Source: Amoebophrya sp. A120
Lineage: Eukaryota; Protista; Dinoflagellata
Assembly (NCBI GenBank): GCA_905178155.1
Contig: CAJINV010000002.1
Coordinates: 7,737,650 to 7,801,649, forward strand
Direction of reading: 5' to 3'
Length of the DNA stretch: 64,000 bases
The position numbers were made by a program, and so were the translations under genes. The notes under the pieces were generated by a model that was given only the letters and a program-made list of their open reading frames with translations, had not been told where the DNA came from and ran no database searches. Below are positions 1 through 9,454 of the stretch, in pieces. The first letter of the stretch is position 1, and each line of letters begins with the position of its first letter.

Positions 1-234
1 CATCCATTCAAACTGCCTAAAACTGAGGCTCCAAATGAAGTAATCCTCTTGGCCCCGGCCAAGATAAAAAAGCCCAAAAAGGGGAAAGGTAGAATCTGCC
101 CTAGCACGATGCTACCATCCATCCAAAATGGCCAAAAACGCGCTCCGCTATGCTTCTGGGCACCAAGAGGAGAACTCCCAGAAACGGGGAATATTCAATA
201 CTACACTGCCCGTACCACGAAACAAAATGTGTAC

Positions 235-1485
235 CCCGAGGCCCTGTTCCCCGCCTCTTCGCAAATATTCCAAGCCCAAATCCGTAAAAATCTCCGTCAC
301 GTTCAAATTATCCTTCACGCAGAGCCGGTACAGCTTGAGCCCGAGCCGGGTTGCCAAGCCCTCTACCTCGGCAGGCGTCATCACGGCCTGCTCAATCAGG
401 TCGACCTGGGCGTTTTTTTTTGGATGATTGAAGATCTGTCTGACATCATGAATGACCGCTTCACAAGAACCAGTACATCATCCGCCTTAACGACCACCTC
501 ATCAAAGCAGGTCACATAGAAGAAACACCTTGTTCTGCGCAAGAACGACCACGATGTTGCCACATTCCTCCCGCACCTTATGGAACCAGGACTCTACGGC
601 ATCGAAATCTCGATGGAAAAAAGCCGACGCACCACAACGATCTCTAACCCTGACCTCTAAGCATCTGAAACACAGCGTCAAGATGAAACAGCTTTGAGTT
701 TCGCTTGTGTGTAGTGCCGTGAAGTTGTGCAAAGCCGTTCAGACCATGCAGACGCTCAGACGCACATCGCTTTTTTTCATCGATCCATAAAAAGCTGTCG
801 CGATCGGTTGTGGAGAAGGCTATTATGCAGCAACCTGCTCCGCGGTAATACCCTGTAGTTTTGCCATGGAAGATGAATAAATGCCTGACATTTTTTACCG
901 CCCAACATCAACACTGCAATGTTTTATCCGCATCTCGTCTTGGTGCCCTAGATTATTTGCAGGTACGGGCAGGGGAATCGAAAGCCGTTGGCGTTGCCAT
1001 GTCTTTTCTCCACATTTGTTCAACAACAGTCACTCTCCTCAAAAATCAGCGGAAGAAAAATTAACCCTCTATTGCAGTACCTCTTGTAATCGCGTCGTAC
1101 TCCTCCTGGCCGGCGGTATCCCACAAGAGAAACGTTATTTCCTCATTTGCGACCACCAGCCGCTTCTCCAGGAAGTCTACCGCGAGCGTCTTTTTGTAGT
1201 TGTCCGTGAAAACGCCCTTGGCGAACTTGGTAATCATACTGGTTTTTCCCACCGGCTTGTCCAGGAAAAAACTGTGTGGGACGCGAAAAAGTCCTTAGGT
1301 GAAACCGAAAATCGACTTGGTGGTTCCACAGCATGACAAGGAAGTGTAGGGCTAGGTCTACTTCATGCTTCGCATTGCAGACATTGACATATCACACACT
1401 ACCACAGTATTTTTTTTTTGATTGGATATTGCCCGTTGCCCACCACGATCACCTTCAACGCGGTGTCCACGTCCTGCTCAATCAT
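235..1485 (-). CDS. RAB23: Rab23-like small GTPase, at least 5 exons (1485-1429, 1252-1081, 852-794, 606-529, 405-~235); 3' end unresolved near the window edge
   Basis: Spliced translation MIEQDVDTALKVIVVGNGQ|VGKTSMITKFAKGVFTDNYKKTLAVDFLEK...WDTAGQEEYDAITR|GYYRGAGCCIIAFSTTDRDSF|DAVESW...LAQNK|VDLIEQAVM. G1, G3 and G4 motifs present. 'VVGNG.VGK.SMI', 'GQEE.DAIT' and 'QNK.DL' are Rab23 signatures. Confidence 0.85.
607..793 (-). other. Non-canonical intron with terminal inverted repeats (introner-like), Rab intron 3
   Basis: Removal is needed to join DRDSF to DAVESW. No GT-AG register. Arms tcgatggaaaaaagccga (610-627) and tcgctttttttcatcga (767-783). Confidence 0.75.
1253..1428 (-). other. Non-canonical intron with degenerate inverted repeats, Rab intron 1
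   Basis: Removal is needed to join GNGQ to VGKT within the P-loop. No GT-AG ends. Arms tgtcca..aaaaaactgtg (from ~1258) and cacagtattttttt..tggata (to 1428). Confidence 0.7.
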
Positions 1486-2711
1486 CTTCTGGCGTTAGTA
1501 TTGGCTTCGTCTTCCTTCAGCAACAGTTTTCCGAGCAGCCGGTACAGCAAGCAGAACTAGAATTTGCAGCACAACTCTGGTCCTCTCTTCTCCTGCTCCG
1601 TATTGGTCTTGCAGCTCGCAACGACAGCAACTGTTGCTGTTCTCGTGATTCCGGCTGCCTCTTTTACGCTTGTCGACGCGGCTTCGGTTTACCACGGTCA
1701 TGAAAAACTGTGCCCGCAACGTCAAAGTGTGGTCCTACTAAGAACATTTCATTCCGTGGACAGGAGCAGGACCGCTCCTCCGTAGCCTGCTGAGGGATTC
1801 CTCTTCTTAGGTGCTTTTTCTAGCCCTCCATCAACATTGTAGCTATTTTTGGCGAAAAGGAGCAGGGTCCTGAAGCTGGATCTGTGCTGCAGTGGCGTGA
1901 AGTGCGTTGGAGAGTACAGCTGTGGTCGTGCACCTACCGTATTGTAAGTAGGTGAGCTGAAGGGCGTACTCTTCAATGTTGTTCGTGTTGTCTGGAAATG
2001 TCAGAAATCAGGACGAGAGAGCATCATTTTCATATCGCGTCGTTGCAGGCGTGCAACATGTTGTTCATTGCTATCTTGTCTTTTTATTTTTGTGGTCTTC
2101 TTTTTTTTTTTTGAAAGGGAGCGCTCTCATTCTAGACTCTATCTTCGTCGACTCGCTCTCCGCTCCCACTCCAAACTTCTAAAGTTTCGTTTTTACTTAA
2201 AGTTCCTCTTCTCTGATCATCTTCAAGGCTTCCTTGGTGCACAGAGTCGCAATCTACCGAGGATCGCTCTGTCTCCCAAGTATGGAACTCATTGCGTCTG
2301 ACAGAAAGAACTACTGCTGGACTGCTCGACTTAGGTGCGGCGTCTTGCTGCTTACCTTATGTGCCAAATGAAAGACAGTGGCAACCACGCACAAAAACTA
2401 AAAACAGATTCAGATTTGCTTGATTGGCAGAAAATAAATGTGAGAAGGTAGTCGATCTGTATACAGGGAGCACGCACGCTCAGAGTCGCTGAGACTACAG
2501 AGCCTAAAAAGGGTGAAACAGTCATCGAATGCGAAACGTTTGAATTTTTCAGGTGGTTGTATTCTCAGCTGCAGTTGTCAGTGGCCGACATATAGGGGAC
2601 AAGCGTCGACTCGTGGTGTTGGCTCTGAACCGCAAAGGTTTTCCACACTATAGAAATTTTCCTTTCCTTCCCGCGGTGCCGGTGCGTAGCCGCGGGAATT
2701 TGAAAAATCTA

Positions 2712-5035
2712 CTAGTTGTAAAAGTTTTGGTGGGTCTCCCCTCCCGAAGAACCTCGGCGAAGAAGCTTCCGGCGCTGTGCCTGGGCCGCAAAATGACCCC
2801 GACTACTGCCAGAGCTGACCCTGGTGCTCGCTGTGCTCCTTACTTTTTCTTCGCTCTCCCCCTGCGCACCATCAGCGCCAGCATCAGGATGAAATAAATG
2901 GTCTCGGTGTTCGTTACAAAAGCGCGCCGTGTAAACATAGCTGCAAAGCGGATTCGTGTTCAGCCCAACCATGCCCGCTCCCCAGAGAGCTGCTGCTGCC
3001 AGGGCTACAAAGGCGGCCCCAACTTTAGATCTGCGCGACAACTGAGAGGGGAAACACAACGAATTTGTTTCCGCTGCTGTTTGTTCTGGATCAGTTGTCT
3101 CTCCATGAAACTCTGGAAAAGAGTAACTGTCCCCGCGCAGAAGTGACGCGGTGCTGGCACAGGCAGAGCTTGTTGGGGTTCTTCCTGATGAGAAGCATGA
3201 GATGAACCGGAACCACCAGCAACTGCCAAAGAATTTTCGTCTCCTGCATCTTCACCGTCAGAGCTCGGAAGTAAATGCCTCTGCATCAGTTTTTCTCCTG
3301 TGGTCAGTGGCCGATACTCCCGCTGCGAGCCAGTCCCTTGTCGTGCGGAAGAAAGAAAACCTCGGGAAGTCCGTCCACCCTGCTTCGACGAAGCCGCAGC
3401 ACTCTGCCCGCAGAGCCAGGGATTCCGGGGCGTCCGGTGCGGTCGAGGGGACGACGTGCAGCAATGAATAGAAGTACTTGTAATTCTTGTTTCTGGCGCG
3501 CCCCCTAGTAGCGACCCGCTTTCTTCGTCTTCGTCGGAACCAAAGAGCAAACGCGTTGACGATTCTTCTGTTGGAGAGACAACTGGATTCATATTCACGA
3601 CCGCAACTGCCCTGGAAATGGGTGGAGGAAGAAACTGCTCCGCTTCGTCCTCATGACTGTTACGACCTTCGTCATCTACCGTGAACGTGCCTTCCTGCGC
3701 ATCATGCGCTTCTGCTTCCTCGTAGATCTTCATAGAATTGGTGGATGCAGAAACATCTTCACGATCGTCCTGTCCATCAGAATCTTGCACCTCTTTCCGT
3801 TCGTGGTTATGCAAGCTCGCGGAAATAAAACGTGACCCCGCCGCCGAACCATGAGCATGACAACCGTTTTTACTAGACGCACTCGCGGAAAACGAGCGGC
3901 TCATTTCCTTGTGGAACCGCCAGTGTGTTGAGAAGGAGCACGTTGGGGTCGAACAGGACCGTGCGTGCTGATGCGTGTTCCTGCTCTTTCGACTCGTAGT
4001 AGCAGCACGTGCCTCGCTTGGAAGATGAGACAGATGCTTTTTGTTTTCCGTCTCCGCACCCGAGCGGTGCTTCGCAGGTCCCATGATTGCCTTCCTCTGG
4101 TCACTCCTGACGCTCCTTCGTTCGTGAATCCCCGCACCCACCTCTTTTGCTTCTGCCTCTGCACCAAGATTATCATCTTCTACCGATGACGTGCTCGTTG
4201 AGGTTGACGAGGACGTGGCCTCGTTCACTTCCTCCGCTGACATCAAACTCGTGGGCCGAGTCGTAATTTTCGGCGCTTCATCACGATCGGAAGGAGGTGC
4301 ATGCTCTCCGCTTTGTAGTGTTTTTTTACCACCATCGAACGTGGTACGACAACTGCCAGCGCGGTTCTGAATCTGGTGGTCTTGCTGCAGTTCTCGACGA
4401 TTTCGTCCAGAGTCATTACGATTTCGCTCAGCACTGGCAATCTTCTCGGAATCATGAACTTGTTCCCCAACGACTTCGAATTTTTTGTGTAGCTTCTTCC
4501 TATCCTGTGCTGATCCTGATCCTCCCGCAGCTTCCTCGCATGGTAACACGGTTTTGTTTTGCGTCTTCCTTCCGTCGTCCGACCGGACGACAATCCCAAG
4601 CACATGCTCTCGCTCGCTCTCCGTTAGAAATGCCGGGTAAGGTGGCGGGGGATAGACGTCATAATTTTTCGAGGAGCAAAAAGACAGCGAAAAATTATAG
4701 GCCTGTGTGTCTCTGCTCTTGTCGTGTTCTGGCAAGGCTGGAGTAAAACGCGGCTCGCTTTCTTCTTCCCCCGGAAGGCGGACTCGGCTTACGTTGTAGC
4801 GTCCCTGAGCGTCACCGATTATGTCCAGGTCAGGTTCATTTGCCGGTGATACAAGGTCGGCTTCTCCCACAACACCAGCAGTAGAATTAGAATACGTTGT
4901 TGCTTTCCTCGCCAAAACGTAGTGCCATAATCCACATTCAGGCCGGAAGATTAGCAAACCAGCTACAAACGGTGCACAGAAGCGAGTATGATACATCAAG
5001 AGACGACGATCGAATGTAAGTTTCATCTTCATCAT
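2712..5035 (-). CDS. Hypothetical protein: 676-aa low-complexity ORF 3005-5035, probably spliced to the TM-containing ORF 2712-3059
   Basis: Long ORF with a hydrophobic N-terminal stretch. The overlapping downstream ORF encodes VGAAFVALAAAALWGAGMVG (TM-like). The splice junction was not resolved. Confidence 0.45.
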
Positions 5036-5618
5036 CCTGACTTGAGTAGTAACGATTGATTACCGATTATCTGCTGACTACAGATCAAAGTGCGGGAGAG
5101 AATGCGTCAGTAAATCCAAGTATTTTATTTGTACGACGCGGAAATGTAGTTGCAGCGCTAGTCAGACGAGACAGAGGTCACGAGTCGCCCTTGTCGGAAC
5201 GGACAATCAAATCTAAGCTTTACCGTGCGCGAGCTAATAATTCTCCACCCACTTTGCCAAGCACCCAAAACGATGACTGTAGCTGAGTACCTGTTACGGC
5301 AAAACATCAATTACTTCGAAATAGAACAAAGAAAACTAACATCGGCATTCTTCGTATGTTGAATCGCCATTAAGACGCCGCTTCACAGACCCGCAACTGC
5401 GAGCGTTTTCTATTTTCTATCAATCCAAAGAAGACAGCATAATTGAGTTTCGATTGAGAACTTCAATTCACACTTGAATCCACTCTGGCATCTACAAAAA
5501 TTCAATCGAAATACCAGCTCAACATCTTCGTTGTAGTGCCAGTTGTTACAACTAGAGGTGAAAATCATATGCATGCTTCAAGCTTTGACAGAAATCCACA
5601 CATCACCCATTTTTGCCT

Positions 5619-8600
5619 TCAACAGCAGCCGGTCTCATCTTCATCACCCTTTACTTCGGTTTGCCTTTTCCCTTGCTGGCTGCTCGCAAGAAACCCAAGC
5701 TGCAGCTCTGTATCGTTCTTCGGGGGCGGTCCGTTCTTCACTGGAAGCTGAGGCCCGTTCGTCCTCGGGTCGTACGTCACGTTCGAAATTGGACTCCACG
5801 TGAAGGGCTCCGGCGTGCTAGGGTTGGTGGCGGTGGGGGGGACGGGGAGGGGTAAGATCTTCTCGATCTTATTGTTAGGCGCGCTTTCGACGTTCTTCGG
5901 GTTCTCATCGAGAGACGCAACGCTGTTCGAGGGTTCGGTCAATGGCTGCCCCGTCGTCGGACGACTGGTCAAGGCTTTAATCAATTGCTTTTGTTCTTCC
6001 CCCGCCGGTGCTCCCGTCGAGGTCGTTTTGTTCGCTGTCTGCTCCACAGGCAGCACGCTGGTCGATTTTTCGTCTGCCGCAGTTACTGGCGGTGCCTCGG
6101 AGGCAGTAGTTGATGCTGGCGCCGACGTAGTATTTGGTTCTGGATTTGGTTCCTGTGTGGATGACAACGAAGTTGTTGGTGGAGCCTCTGTCGTAGATGA
6201 TGACGAAGTTGTCGGCGGAGCCTCTGTCGTAGATGATGACGAAGTTGTTGCTGGGGCCTCTGTCGTAGATGATGACGAAGTTGTCGGTGGAGCGTCTGTC
6301 GTAGATGATGGCGAAGTTGTTGGTGGAGCGTCTGTCGTAGATGATGACGAAGTTGTTGGTGGGGCCTCTGTCGTAGATGATGACGAAGTTGTTGGTGGGA
6401 TCTGCGTTGTCGATAAAGTCGCTGGCAGGGCCTGCGTCGTAGGTGTAGATGTTGCTGGGGCCTGCGTTGCAGATAGGGTTGCTGGTGGAGCCTGCGTTGT
6501 AGATGAAGTCGCTGGCAGGGCCCGCGTCGTTGTAGATGCAGCTGTTGCTGGAGCCTGCGCTGTAGATGAAGTCGTTGATGACGGGGCCTGCGTAGTAGTT
6601 CTAGATGCAGCTGTAGAAGTAGAGGTCGTCGTCGAAGTAGTTGTGAGCTTTTCACACTTGTCGCCGTTCAAGGAGAACCCGTCGTGGCACGGCCCTGCAC
6701 ATTTCGCCTCACCCTGATCCGGACAGTCCTTCCCCGTCGCGCCGACACCATTTGCACAGATGCAAGTCTTGCTCTCACACACCGTGCCTCGCAAGTAGTA
6801 CCCCTCATCACATGGCGCCACACACTTATCCGCAAAGGGCGTCGGACAGTCCGTCCCCTTCGCCGGGGTTCCATCCGTGCAGCGGCACCTGTTCAAACGG
6901 CAAACCCATGGGTTTTCGGCATCCGGGTGGTAACCAGGATCGCAGGACCTGCACCTATAATCGCTATGATTGGGACACGAAAAGCCAGTCGCCCCCTCAC
7001 CGTTCGCGCAGCGGCATTCCTTGAGTTCGCAACCGTCGTCGTCGGTTTGGTAGTAGCCAAACCGCGAGCAACTAGTGCACTTGACTGTAGATCCGTCTGC
7101 GTCACATTCCTCCCCCGTAGCGTGCGTACCGTGATCGCAGCGACATTTGTTGATCTCACATACAGTTTGTTCTCCGTCCGTGGTGGTATTCGTGTGGTAC
7201 CCTGTGTGGCACTCCCCGGCAACGCAACCAATCGTGACGTGATGCTCGTGGCACGCCGCTGCATCGATAAGCGGCGTGCCATGTGGGCACCTGCACGTGT
7301 TGGCGACACAAGTGGTGCCATTCAAGTGGTATCCAGCAGTAGGGCACGACACACACTGCTCGGCACCGTCAGTTGTACATGCGGCCCCGGTCGCGCCATC
7401 CCCATGCTCGCAAGTGCACTTTTTCAGCCTGCAAGTTTTGCTTTTGTTCGCAGAATCTAAAACATATCCGTCTTGATCGCGGCACGACGTGCAACTAACC
7501 GCCCCGTTTGTTGGGCAGTCGTGCCCTGTTGCGAAATCTCCGCCCGGACAGGCACAGGTTTTGATTTCGCACTTGCTTCCGTTCAAAAAGTAGCCGCCTT
7601 CGCACGGCTCCACACACTGTGCCTCACCGTGCTTCGGACAGTCTGTTCCTGTCGCGCCATCCCCATGCTCGCAAGTGCACTTTTTCAGCCCGCAAGTTTT
7701 GTTCGCTGAATTCAAGACATATCCGTCTTGATCGCGGCATGAAGTGCAACTAACCGTCCCATTTGTTGGGCAGTCGCGCCCCGTTGCGAAATCTCCACCC
7801 GGACAGACGCACGCTTTTAGGTCGCACTTGGCTCCGTTCAAGAAGTAGCCCTCTTCGCATGGCTCTACACACTGCGCCTCGCCGTGCTTCAGACAGTTTA
7901 TTCCCATCGCGCCATCCCCATGCGCGCAAGTGCATTCTTTCAGCCCGCAAGTTTTGTTCGCTGCATGTAACACATATCCGTCTTGATCGCGGCACGAAGT
8001 GCAACTAACCGCCCCGTTTGTTGGGCAGTCGCGCCCTGTTGCGAAATCTCCACCCGGACAGACACACGCTTTTAGATCGCACTTGGCTCCGTTCAACCAG
8101 TAGCCGTTGTCGCATGGCCCTACACACTGTGCCTGACCATGAATCAGGCAGCCAGCACCGGTCGCGGCGGCACCATTTGCACAGGTGCACACCTTAGTTT
8201 CACACGTTCCTGTTATTGCATTCAGGTAGTACCCCGCATCAGGCTCACAGGCTACACACTTCGGCGCGTTGTGCTCGGGGCACTCAATTCCAGTCGCTCC
8301 CTCTCCGTTCGAGCAGGTGCATACTTTGATGTCACAGGTTGCTGCGCCTGCGTCACTATTGAGGTAATAACCATCGCCGGCTGCGCATGATGCGCATTTC
8401 TGCGTTTCGTGGACGAGACAATCAATGCCGGTCGCCCCATCGCCATTCACACAGGTACACTTGTTTTCTATGCACCGATCGTCCGACTCGGTGTGGTATC
8501 CCGGGTCGCACATCCCCGCGGCGCACCCCGGTGTGATTTCGTGGCTCTCGCACTTCGAAGGGTCCGTCAAGGGCTCGCCGAAGTCGCACTTGCACGTGTT

Positions 8601-9176
8601 GGCGGTACACTCCCGCCCGTCGGCGTCCGTGTTGTGATACCCCGACCTGCAGCTAGCGACCTTGCATCCGACCGTGGATCCGTCTGCGGCGCATCCAATG
8701 CCTCCCGTCGGCGTTCCGTTGTCGCACCTGCAGAGGTTGAGCGCACACATGTCGTTCTCGTCCAAGTGGTAGCCGTTGTTGCACGGTGCCACGCACTTCA
8801 TCACATAGCTCTCCGGGCAGTCCTGTTCCCGCGCACCAGACCCGTGCGCACAGCCGCAGACCTTGGGCACGCAGTTTTCGGTCCAGTCCGGCGCGTTCGA
8901 AAAGCCGTCTTTGCAGGCCCCCGCCACACACCCGACCGTGTCGTCGGTCGGCGCGCACCCGAGGCCACGTTTCTCCTGACCGTGCTCGCAAACGCACGTG
9001 TTTTCCTGACACACACCCCCCTCCGGACGGGAGCCCGGGGCGCAGGTGATCGAGGCCTTGGACGTCGTGGTAGTTGTCGTCGTTGCGACCGGGGGAGCCG
9101 GTGATGCCTCGTCCTCAAAATTCATTCCCGGAACCAGGTTACTGTCCCTGCAGGCGTGTTCCACGGCGATTATCAA
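5619..9176 (-). CDS. Cysteine-rich repeat surface/secreted protein with a Thr/Ser mucin-like stalk; true start unresolved
   Basis: 1185-aa ORF with many CxCxxGxxAxGxxCPxxGxxxCxxCxxGYxL units followed by PPTTSSSSTTEA repeats. Confidence 0.8.
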   Translation of the reverse strand: MIIAVEHACRDSNLVPGMNFEDEASPAPPVATTTTTTTSKASITCAPGSRPEGGVCQENTCVCEHGQEKRGLGCAPTDDTVGCVAGACKDGFSNAPDWTENCVPKVCGCAHGSGAREQDCPESYVMKCVAPCNNGYHLDENDMCALNLCRCDNGTPTGGIGCAADGSTVGCKVASCRSGYHNTDADGRECTANTCKCDFGEPLTDPSKCESHEITPGCAAGMCDPGYHTESDDRCIENKCTCVNGDGATGIDCLVHETQKCASCAAGDGYYLNSDAGAATCDIKVCTCSNGEGATGIECPEHNAPKCVACEPDAGYYLNAITGTCETKVCTCANGAAATGAGCLIHGQAQCVGPCDNGYWLNGAKCDLKACVCPGGDFATGRDCPTNGAVSCTSCRDQDGYVLHAANKTCGLKECTCAHGDGAMGINCLKHGEAQCVEPCEEGYFLNGAKCDLKACVCPGGDFATGRDCPTNGTVSCTSCRDQDGYVLNSANKTCGLKKCTCEHGDGATGTDCPKHGEAQCVEPCEGGYFLNGSKCEIKTCACPGGDFATGHDCPTNGAVSCTSCRDQDGYVLDSANKSKTCRLKKCTCEHGDGATGAACTTDGAEQCVSCPTAGYHLNGTTCVANTCRCPHGTPLIDAAACHEHHVTIGCVAGECHTGYHTNTTTDGEQTVCEINKCRCDHGTHATGEECDADGSTVKCTSCSRFGYYQTDDDGCELKECRCANGEGATGFSCPNHSDYRCRSCDPGYHPDAENPWVCRLNRCRCTDGTPAKGTDCPTPFADKCVAPCDEGYYLRGTVCESKTCICANGVGATGKDCPDQGEAKCAGPCHDGFSLNGDKCEKLTTTSTTTSTSTAASRTTTQAPSSTTSSTAQAPATAASTTTRALPATSSTTQAPPATLSATQAPATSTPTTQALPATLSTTQIPPTTSSSSTTEAPPTTSSSSTTDAPPTTSPSSTTDAPPTTSSSSTTEAPATTSSSSTTEAPPTTSSSSTTEAPPTTSLSSTQEPNPEPNTTSAPASTTASEAPPVTAADEKSTSVLPVEQTANKTTSTGAPAGEEQKQLIKALTSRPTTGQPLTEPSNSVASLDENPKNVESAPNNKIEKILPLPVPPTATNPSTPEPFTWSPISNVTYDPRTNGPQLPVKNGPPPKNDTELQLGFLASSQQGKRQTEVKGDEDETGCC
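6160..6600. repeat. Coding tandem repeats: 36-bp unit (about 6-7 copies) followed by a degenerate ~30-bp unit
   Basis: gaagttgttggtggagcctctgtcgtagatgatgac repeated; encodes the mucin stalk. Confidence 0.85.
7385..8140. repeat. Three near-identical 255-bp coding repeats (85 aa each)
   Basis: Anchor g(c/t)ccc(g/a)tttgttgggcagtc at 7501, 7756 and 8011. Confidence 0.85.
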
Positions 9177-9454
9177 GCCTTGAAAGTAGTAGACCCGAAG
9201 GAAGAACCCTAGAAAGTAAGAAGATGGGGATGATGCGCGCTCGCGGTCGCGCTCAACAAGTCGAAGTCTGCACTGCGCCGCATGAGTAAAACCGGTCGTT
9301 TCTCCTTCATAAAGCTAAATGAAAACGAAAAGAAAGCGCCAGTGCAAAGAAATGCAAATCTGCATTTTTAGGACGGCCACTACATACATACTCATAATAC
9401 ACAGAAACAAGCGCATCTTCTAAATTCTGGGGACAACTTCAGGGTACTTCTTGT

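Noticed and set aside
1420-1429. ATATCC at the start of Rab intron 1 as a U12-type 5' splice site
   Set aside because: It lacks the following TT, there is no AC 3' end in that register, and no U12 branch motif was seen.
5041-5050. CTCAAG just upstream of the 5035 ATG as a relic spliced leader
   Set aside because: Only 6 nt match, which is expected by chance.
6160-6400. 36-bp repeats as a CRISPR array
   Set aside because: No unique spacers. It is an in-frame coding tandem repeat in a eukaryotic gene.
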